This document shows, piece after piece, positions 56,906 to 64,000 of a DNA stretch of 64,000 bases. The stretch is taken from the NCBI RefSeq assembly GCF_051885895.1, contig NZ_JBJEXP010000079.1, positions 58,146 through 122,145 of the forward strand, given 5' to 3'. A program made the translations under genes and the position numbers. This stretch comes from Dialister sp. Lineage in GTDB: Bacteria > Bacillota > Negativicutes > Veillonellales > Dialisteraceae. The notes under the pieces were generated by a model that was not told the origin of the DNA, ran no database searches, and saw only the letters and a program-made list of their open reading frames with translations. Positions within the stretch are counted from its first letter, which is position 1. Each line of letters starts with the position of its first letter.

Positions 56906-57714
56906 AAGGATATGGCGAAGAAATTCTCCGTATGGAAGACATTGTAAAAACCTTCGACCTGGGAGAAGGAAAGAAGCTTGTGGCGTCCGATCATGTGAAT
57001 ATCAGCCTCCATAAAGGGGAAACCCTGGGCATTGTAGGAGAATCGGGCTCCGGGAAATCCACACTGGCCAAGATTCTGACCCGGCTGTATCCCATGGACA
57101 GCGGGCGGATTCTCATTCACGGAAAGGATATTGCTCCTCTGAAAGGAGAAGAACTCCGGCAGGCGAGAAGAAATATCCAGATGGTTTTCCAGGATCCCTC
57201 CACCGCTTTTAATCCGAAGCAGAGGGTAAAGGAAATTATCTGCGAACCGCTTCAGAACTATGGTCTCATCCGGAAAGGAGAAGTGGAAGAAAAGGCAAAG
57301 GAAATGCTCCGCCTGGTAGACCTTCCGGAAGATTTCGCCAACCGCTACCCGAACAACATGTCCGGCGGCCAGCGGCAGCGCATTGCCATTGCCAGAGCCC
57401 TGGTACTGAAGCCGGAAATCATTATCTGCGACGAGGCCACCAGTGCCCTGGATGTATCTGTACAGAAAACGATTATTGAACTTCTGGACCGGCTCCAGAG
57501 AGAAACCCATGTAGCCTACTTCTTCATCTGCCATGATCTGGCACTGGCCAATATGTTCTGCGATAACATGATTATCATGCAGAAAGGAAAAGTGGTGGAA
57601 AGGATCCACGATCTTAGGGAAGCCAAAGATCCCTATTCCAAAAAACTCCTTGCTTCCATATTTACCATCGAAGAAGGAAAGAACAAAGTCCTTCCGGACG
57701 AACTGTTCCAATGA
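56902..57714 (+). CDS. Peptide/nickel ABC ATPase (DppF-like)
   Basis: GESGSGKS, MSGGQRQR, CDEATSALD. Confidence 0.92.
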   Translation: MKGYGEEILRMEDIVKTFDLGEGKKLVASDHVNISLHKGETLGIVGESGSGKSTLAKILTRLYPMDSGRILIHGKDIAPLKGEELRQARRNIQMVFQDPSTAFNPKQRVKEIICEPLQNYGLIRKGEVEEKAKEMLRLVDLPEDFANRYPNNMSGGQRQRIAIARALVLKPEIIICDEATSALDVSVQKTIIELLDRLQRETHVAYFFICHDLALANMFCDNMIIMQKGKVVERIHDLREAKDPYSKKLLASIFTIEEGKNKVLPDELFQ

Positions 57715-57862
57715 GCTGTCAGTCATAGAAACGGCGGAAAAAAGCGGAAAGCCGGAGAGGGCAGGCCGAAAGGCCGGATGCTGCCGGCAGGAAGCGGATG
57801 GAACCCGTTTACTATATACCTATTTATTCTTCATTCTTGATTCACAGAAAGGGGACAATTTG

Positions 57863-59137
57863 ATGAAGAAAATCATTGCACTGGCAGCAGCTGCTGCCCT
57901 TACTGCAGGCGTATCCGCCTTTGCGGCCAATCCGTTTTCCGATGTGAGTACCGATGACTGGGCCTATCAGGCCGTATCGGACCTCTCCGACCAGGGCGTG
58001 GTAGAAGGCTATCCGGATGGAACCTTCAAAGGGGAGAGAAATATTACCCGCTATGAGCTGGCCCAGATTATTGCCCGCCTTATGGCAAAGGAAGACCAGC
58101 TGAATGCAGAGCAGCGGGCCACCCTGGACAAACTGGCCGGCGAATACGCTGATGAACTGGCCAATCTGGGTGTCCGCGTTTCCAACCTGGAAAAGAAAGT
58201 AGGCAATATTTCCTGGTCCGGTGATGCCCGTATGCGCTACCAGCACAGCAAGTACAATAAGGATGGCAGTGTATCGGATAAGTGGAATGGCCGTATGCGT
58301 ATCAATGTAAAAGGACAGGTCAATGATTCCACCTATGTACAGGGCCGCTTCACCACCACCATGGATTTTAAAAATTCCGGTGACAGCACGACTTCCATGG
58401 ATGTGATCTATGCCCACCATCAATTTGGGGATAAATTCTACATCAACTTAGGCCGCAAGGATCTCTATGTAGGCCAGACAAATATTTTCTTCGATGATTA
58501 TTTTGACGGCGTGCAGGCAGCTTATGGCGATGATGCCCTGAAGCTGGAAGCAGGCTATGGCCGTATGCATATCTGGCAGCGGGGAGAAGACTATCCGCTT
58601 CCCGGTTCCACTGCCGGTGCCGGTGATGATACGGAAGGTGCCTATGCCCGTCTCCTTGGCTCCTCCAGCAGACTGAACTATGATCTGGAATATTATGATT
58701 TCAATGAAAGAGCCTTTGGCGCAGACCGGCAGAGAATCTGGGGCGCCGGTCTGACAGCAGACATTACCAGTGACTTTAATGTATTCGGCGATTTTTACCA
58801 GAACACCAAAGTCTCCGGGGACCCGCACCTCTGGACGGCAGGTCTGGGTTATGGCCACGCTAATAGAAAGAAGCCGGGAACCTGGCGTTTGGCTGCTCAG
58901 TATGTAGATGTGGAAAAGGGTGCATACCTCGGTGGAACCACCTATCATATCGATCCTTTGGCGCTCACATTAAAGGATGGCATTGATGAAGTGAAATTCT
59001 GGCTCCTTTCCGGAGATCTGGTACTCCAGAAAAATGTGACACTCCACGGCGAATATGCGCTGGATATTGATACTGATGGCACCAGCAAGACAGATTATGA
59101 TGATCTGGCTGCTCTGGTCATTAACTATAAATTCTGA
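57863..59137 (+). CDS. ompM: SLH-domain outer-membrane protein (OmpM-type)
   Basis: Signal peptide, NPFSDV...GYPDGTFKG...ITRYE SLH, coiled-coil LGVRV, beta-barrel ending YKF. Confidence 0.88.
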   Translation: MKKIIALAAAAALTAGVSAFAANPFSDVSTDDWAYQAVSDLSDQGVVEGYPDGTFKGERNITRYELAQIIARLMAKEDQLNAEQRATLDKLAGEYADELANLGVRVSNLEKKVGNISWSGDARMRYQHSKYNKDGSVSDKWNGRMRINVKGQVNDSTYVQGRFTTTMDFKNSGDSTTSMDVIYAHHQFGDKFYINLGRKDLYVGQTNIFFDDYFDGVQAAYGDDALKLEAGYGRMHIWQRGEDYPLPGSTAGAGDDTEGAYARLLGSSSRLNYDLEYYDFNERAFGADRQRIWGAGLTADITSDFNVFGDFYQNTKVSGDPHLWTAGLGYGHANRKKPGTWRLAAQYVDVEKGAYLGGTTYHIDPLALTLKDGIDEVKFWLLSGDLVLQKNVTLHGEYALDIDTDGTSKTDYDDLAALVINYKF

Positions 59138-59159
59138 TACTGACAGATGCTCATGGACG

Positions 59160-59200
59160 AAAAACCGTGCGGAGAGGATTTTCCTTCCTGCACGGTTTTT
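59160..59200 (+). terminator. Terminator after ompM
   Basis: AAAAACCGTGC / GCACGGTTTTT. Confidence 0.7.
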
Positions 59201-59261
59201 ATACTTCTCTATAAAAAATTGGAAAGATGATGAAATATTTGTTTTAAATTAAAAATAATTG

Positions 59262-59301
59262 AATTTTTCAAGTTGAAAATTTAATAAACAGCATATATAG
59301 T
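59262..59301 (+). promoter_or_regulatory. Promoter with palindrome over -35, upstream of amino-acid SBP
   Basis: AATTTTTCAA-G-TTGAAAATTT; TTGAAA-N17-TATAGT. Confidence 0.55.
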
Positions 59302-59356
59302 TAATACAGAGAGTTGGTTGATCCTTACGGTACAGGAAAGAGGGCAGGAGGTTCGT

Positions 59357-60154
59357 ATGAACAAAAAGCTGAAGACAGTGATGGCGGCAGTGATCCTTAT
59401 GGGGGTTATGGCGATGGTGGAGGGCTGCGGCGGAAACAGAGCGGAATCCCAGGCAGCGTCAGACGGCAGGACATTGAAAGTAGCTACGGAAGCGGCCTAC
59501 CCGCCTTTCCGCTACATGGATCAGGATAAGCACATGGTGGGCTTTGAAATCGACCTTTTGAAGGAAGTGGCCAGCCGGATAGGAGCTGACGTGGAAATCA
59601 AAGATATGCCTTTCGACCGGCTGCTGGATGCGGTGGAAGAGAAAAAGGTGGATGCAGCTATCGGAGCGATTACTATCACAGAGGAAAGGTCGAAGAAGGT
59701 GGCTTTTTCTGATTCCTACTATAAACTCAGCGGCTATTCCCTGCTCGTAATAAAAGGCAATCCTCCTGTACGGAATGAAGAGGAACTGGCCGGCAGAATT
59801 GTGGCGGCCAAAAGAGGCTCTACCAGCGAGGCCAGGGCGAAAACACTGCATCCGAAGAAAATCGTGTCCATGGATCATTATTCCGATATATTCAAAGCAG
59901 TGGAATCGGGCGAGGTGGATGTCGGCATTACAGGAGATCAGGCTGCGGTTTACGAGCTGGAACATGGCGGCAGCGGGCGGCTTGTTCTTTCAGGAACTAT
60001 TCCGGCAGATGATCATTTTGCCATTGCTCTTTCCAAAGAAAATCCCGGACTGAGAGAAGAGATAAACCAGGCGCTGAAAAGTATCATGGACGATGGTACC
60101 TATGACAGACTGACAAATAAATGGTTCTTTGCCAGAGCGGTAGATAAGGAGTGA
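59357..60154 (+). CDS. Polar amino-acid ABC substrate-binding lipoprotein (family 3)
   Basis: VEGC lipobox-like, TEAAYPPF, GFEIDL, ITEER. Confidence 0.9.
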   Translation: MNKKLKTVMAAVILMGVMAMVEGCGGNRAESQAASDGRTLKVATEAAYPPFRYMDQDKHMVGFEIDLLKEVASRIGADVEIKDMPFDRLLDAVEEKKVDAAIGAITITEERSKKVAFSDSYYKLSGYSLLVIKGNPPVRNEEELAGRIVAAKRGSTSEARAKTLHPKKIVSMDHYSDIFKAVESGEVDVGITGDQAAVYELEHGGSGRLVLSGTIPADDHFAIALSKENPGLREEINQALKSIMDDGTYDRLTNKWFFARAVDKE

Positions 60155-60386
60155 ATCCGGAAAGAAGCGGGCGGTCCCTTTTCCGAAAGCTCAAGTCTCA
60201 CACACCGGAAACCCCTATGAGACAGGGCACTGCATTCATGGCATAAACCTTCTGCTTGTGTCGTGGATGATTGACGTTTACATTATGCAAAACGGAATGG
60301 ACTTATGCTATTCTTAATCTGCGGTTTTCCGTTAGATTAAAGTGCATGCAGCGGTTTAGCAGCTGCGAAGTTTGAGTAAGCAATAT

Positions 60387-60429
60387 AAAAGCGGTATATC
60401 ATGGATTTCCGTGATATACCGCTTTTTTT
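60387..60429. terminator. Bidirectional terminator between SBP and MATE
   Basis: AAAAGCGGTATATCATGG / CCGTGATATACCGCTTTT. Confidence 0.8.
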
Positions 60430-60487
60430 CATAGCGCATCGGGCGGATGGAAAAGTTCCTGCCGCTTATGGAAAATCTTTCTGTTCC

Positions 60488-61816
60488 TTATCCTGCCTGG
60501 GGCAGAAATTTTCCTTTTGCGGAAAGGCGGCTGACCAGGAAGGAAGCGCAGGAAGCACGGATGACCTGATCAAGGAAGAGGGCACACCAGGTGCCGATCA
60601 GTCCCATGTCCAGTCCATAGATAAAGAAAGCAGTGAGGAGAGGACGAAGGAAAGTAATGGACAGGAAGGAATAGGCCGCCACCTGGGCTGTCTGGCCGCT
60701 GCCCCGGAGAACGCCGGCGCCCCAGAGGGCAATGGCTTCCGGATAACTTACGAAAGCGATAAAAACCATAATGGTTCCGGACAGAGCAAGAAGGGAAGAA
60801 TCGGCGGTATAAAAGGTAAAGATATCTTCTGCAAAGAGGAGAATAGTGCCGCAGGCAGCAGTGGATAAAAGGAGACACCAGCGAAGGCCGGTCTTCCTGT
60901 ACTGCTGCCAGTCAGAGAAATTTCCCTTTCCCACAGCCTGTCCGGCGGTAACCATGCCTGCTTTTCCGAAACCCATAATGAAATCATAATACACATCACA
61001 GATATTCATGCAGATGCTGTGTACCGCAAAGGGGACAGTGCCGAGCCCCGCCGCCATGCGGGAAAAAAGCACCATGCCGATGCGTTCGCTGCCCTGCTCG
61101 CTGAGGACACTTCCGAAAAGAGGTCCCACCGTTTTGAAATAGGCTGCATCGGGAAGCCAGGCGCCGCCCTGGAAGAATCCATTCCGTTTCAGGAGGAAAA
61201 AGGAATAGACCAGGGAGAAAAGGGTGCCGGCGGCAGTGCCGAACGCAGCGCCCATGACGCCGAAGGCAGGAAGAGGACCGGCGCCGCGGATAAGAAGAAA
61301 ACTGCATACTGCATTCAGCAGGTTTCCGCAGATATTGGTTTTCATAATGGACGCCGTATCTCCATAGCCCAGCTGCACCGCCTGGAGAATCAGGGTGAGG
61401 GAGGTGAAGTACACGGCTAGAAGCGCCAGAGGCCCGTAGTCCATGGCTAAAGGCAGGTAGTCCTCTGAGGCTCCCATCAGAATAAAAATATCTTTCAGGA
61501 AAAACAGAAACAGCAGATGGAGGGCGCCCAGAGCCAGAGCTCCGAGAAACAGGGATTTTTTCAGAAGATCAGCAGAAGGCTCCTTTTCCTCCTTTCCCGC
61601 ATGGCGGCAGGAAACCAGTGTGACGGCAGAGGCCAGGGAACGGGAAAAGCAGAGGAGCACAAGGCGGGGCTGGAGAAAAATACTGACTGCTGCCACGGAA
61701 AGGCTTCCCAGGGCGCCTACGAGGATAAGATCCGTGGAAGCCAGAAGAATCATGAAAAGTCCCTCCAGCGCGGCAGGCAGTGCAATTTTCAGATAGTGTC
61801 CGTCGTATTTGTTCAT
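60488..61816 (-). CDS. MATE family efflux transporter
   Basis: IALPAALE, about 12 TM, two MatE repeats, GQAVG, GVLRGSG. Confidence 0.9.
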   Translation of the reverse strand: MNKYDGHYLKIALPAALEGLFMILLASTDLILVGALGSLSVAAVSIFLQPRLVLLCFSRSLASAVTLVSCRHAGKEEKEPSADLLKKSLFLGALALGALHLLFLFFLKDIFILMGASEDYLPLAMDYGPLALLAVYFTSLTLILQAVQLGYGDTASIMKTNICGNLLNAVCSFLLIRGAGPLPAFGVMGAAFGTAAGTLFSLVYSFFLLKRNGFFQGGAWLPDAAYFKTVGPLFGSVLSEQGSERIGMVLFSRMAAGLGTVPFAVHSICMNICDVYYDFIMGFGKAGMVTAGQAVGKGNFSDWQQYRKTGLRWCLLLSTAACGTILLFAEDIFTFYTADSSLLALSGTIMVFIAFVSYPEAIALWGAGVLRGSGQTAQVAAYSFLSITFLRPLLTAFFIYGLDMGLIGTWCALFLDQVIRASCASFLVSRLSAKGKFLPQAG

Positions 61817-62251
61817 CTTAAATCCTTAAAATAAAATATTTTTAGATTAAATTAATATAATAATATTGTACAGGAAAATGAGAATACAGGCAACTTGATT
61901 ATTTCAAGAAATGGGGGAGGCGGCTGTTTCCGGCTGTCCGCTTACTGCGTACGGCCCCCTTTCCCGTCTTATCCGTTCGTGAATTCTATGCAGGATATGC
62001 GCACGATGGCGGGAGGGGGATTCCAGCACCGCCGCCAAAGGCTGCATATATATCTGCTGCGAAGCGGCCGCCGCAGTCCTCAGCCGCGAAGTGACTGTCA
62101 AACTTCAGAACCTGAAGAACTTTCAGCCCTTCAGGGCCGTCAATCTTTCCCTTTGAACCTTCTGAACCGGTCCCCGTATCTCTGTAAAGAATGATATAAT
62201 GATAAAAGATTTGCAGTGCATTCCGTAAATCAACAGAGAAAGGAAATAATC

Positions 62252-63280
62252 ATGTCAACCACTTTAGGAGCGGATTTCCGTACGCCCACATTCTGGCAGC
62301 GTCTTGCTTTTATTATCGGAATTACCCTTGTAGGTACATTCCTTTATTCCGTAGGGGTCAATGCCTTTCTGGTGCCTCACCAGTTTCTGTCGGGAGGGCT
62401 CACCGGTATTGCCATGGTGCTCTATTATCTCACCGGCTTTCCCATCGGCATGGCCAATCTCCTCATGAATATTCCTATTCTTCTTCTTTCTCTCAAATTC
62501 ATGGGAAAATTCTATACCATCATAACCATTCTGGGAACGGTATGCTGTTCCATATTTATCGACCTTACCGCATTTCTGGCAGATTATAATGTGGTGAAGG
62601 ATCCTCTGGTGGCGGCCATTTCCGGCGGCGTGGTGCTGGGGATTTCCATGGGTCTCCTGTACCGATACAACAGCAATACCGGTGGTCTGGATGTGGTGGG
62701 CGCCATTTTGAAAAAGTATTATAATCTGGAAATCGGATACGTGGTATTTGCCCTGAACTTTGTCATTGTGACGGCAGGCGCCTTTATCTTTGCCCTGGAA
62801 CCGGCTATCTGCACCCTGATTTCCATGTATATCAACGCCAATCTGTCCAGCCGTATCGTCATCGGGTTTGCCCAGAGAAAAGCGGCTTTCATCGTATCGG
62901 ATAAGCCTCTGGAAATTTCAGACGCCATTCTCCGGAACATCCATCATGGAGCTACCCTGCTCTACGGACAGGGCGCCTTTTCCGGAACAGAAAAGAAAAT
63001 TGTCTTTGCTATTGTGGACCTGACCCAGATTACCCGGGTGCGCCATCTGATTGAAGACATTGATCCGTCGGCTTTCCTTTTCATTATGAATACCACCGAT
63101 GTCATAGGCCGCGGCTTCACCAGACCTCTTTCCACAGCCAAAACCATGCCCAAATCTGTCCGCTATACCTGTGACAAGAATGGAAATATGATCCCGACCC
63201 ACATGTGGTCCTATGAGATGGAAGCGGAAGCCCATCCGGAAAAGGAGGAGCAGCCGCAGCCCCGGGAAGACGGGAAATAA
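62252..63280 (+). CDS. YitT family membrane protein
   Basis: FLSGGLTG, NIP, TGGLDV, C-terminal GATLLYGQGAFSG...IDPSAF. Confidence 0.88.
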   Translation: MSTTLGADFRTPTFWQRLAFIIGITLVGTFLYSVGVNAFLVPHQFLSGGLTGIAMVLYYLTGFPIGMANLLMNIPILLLSLKFMGKFYTIITILGTVCCSIFIDLTAFLADYNVVKDPLVAAISGGVVLGISMGLLYRYNSNTGGLDVVGAILKKYYNLEIGYVVFALNFVIVTAGAFIFALEPAICTLISMYINANLSSRIVIGFAQRKAAFIVSDKPLEISDAILRNIHHGATLLYGQGAFSGTEKKIVFAIVDLTQITRVRHLIEDIDPSAFLFIMNTTDVIGRGFTRPLSTAKTMPKSVRYTCDKNGNMIPTHMWSYEMEAEAHPEKEEQPQPREDGK

Positions 63281-63352
63281 AGGATTTTAATAAAGCCTAT
63301 TTCAGGGGGACTGTCAGACAGGCGGCCCCTTTTTTACAGAAAGGTGACAGCC

Positions 63353-63661
63353 ATGGAATATGTCATTGACGACGGCTATGTAGATCTGGATAGACGAATC
63401 CGGGAAATGGAGTACCTTATGGAGAAGGTCCTGATTGATGCCGGCTATATCAGCAGCCTGGCTGGAGGAGAGGAAAGCGGATCCTCCTATGATGACGATG
63501 ATGATGATTTTGCCGCATCCGGTCTGGAGGCCATGACGCTCCGCCTGAAGCTGGATTCCGTGAGGGAAGCAGCGGAAGAAATGCGGAGAAATGCAGAAGA
63601 GGCCCGGGATGCAGCCTCCAGGCTGCGGCACGATATAGACTGGTACGGAGAAAAGCGGTAA
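63353..63661 (+). CDS. Small acidic coiled-coil hypothetical protein
   Basis: AAAGGTG RBS; poly-Asp linker, heptad-like C-terminal half. Confidence 0.55.
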   Translation: MEYVIDDGYVDLDRRIREMEYLMEKVLIDAGYISSLAGGEESGSSYDDDDDDFAASGLEAMTLRLKLDSVREAAEEMRRNAEEARDAASRLRHDIDWYGEKR

Positions 63662-63764
63662 GGGAATCTCTGGTTCCGCAGGAAGGCGCGGATTCGATCT
63701 GCTCTTTTCCGCAGCCCTTTCTTGACAGAAAGAGGCCGGCTGATTATAATATCGGGTAAATACA

Positions 63765-63978
63765 CCAAATGCAATGAACAGGATTGAGCTTGGCCGGAAA
63801 TAACAGAGAGCCGGGAGGATGGAAACCGGTATGGAAGGCGGGCGTGTCCCCTGGGAGCAAAGGGCTGAATCGGTTTTTCCGGAGTAAGCCCGGCGTCAGT
63901 CCGCGTTAAGGATATGGAGTATAATGCAGGGTGGTACCGCGCTCACAGCGCCCTTGTCCGATGGACAGGGCTTTTTTT
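63765..63978 (+). ncRNA. T-box riboswitch (controlled gene lies beyond window)
   Basis: Promoter TTGACA-N17-TATAAT (63722-63750); AGAGAGCCG, GCGTTA, GGGTGGTACCGCG at 63929, terminator 63950-63978. Confidence 0.88.
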
Positions 63979-64000
63979 ATGTCCTTCCTCCTTATGCTCC

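Noticed and set aside
1-64000. CRISPR array, IS/transposase, integrase, prophage genes
   Set aside because: No regularly spaced repeats and no DDE, HUH or tyrosine/serine recombinase ORFs were recognised

Overview
64 kb chromosomal segment of a diderm Firmicute. An SLH-domain OmpM porin, MlaD and T-box riboswitches point to Negativicutes; a Dialister-like host is only my inference. Content is mostly housekeeping and metabolic: gltB, amtB-PII fusion, an eight-gene aro operon, methionine genes under two Met T-boxes, ars operon, alkaline phosphatase with a Zrg-like ABC cassette, TRAP, Dpp/Nik ABC, fluoride riboswitch-crcB, MATE, and tRNA-Arg(CCT). One McrBC-like (NxD GTPase + DUF2357 nuclease) defence pair is present. 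No CRISPR array, transposase or integrase was seen. The most striking unannotated signals are non-coding or short. (1) A 38-aa Tyr/Phe/Trp-rich leader peptide with a complete 1:2 / 2:3 / 3:4 ribosome-mediated attenuator in front of the shikimate operon. (2) A dense DnaA-box cluster far from any dnaA gene. (3) A ~260-nt multi-hairpin leader ahead of the McrB-like gene, whose N-terminal domain I do not recognise. (4) ANTAR-like hairpins flanking a terminator before amtB-PII. (5) A T-box controlling a TRAP transporter. (6) Lambda-like integrase arm repeats after the tRNA. All structures were paired by eye; no folding or database searches were run.
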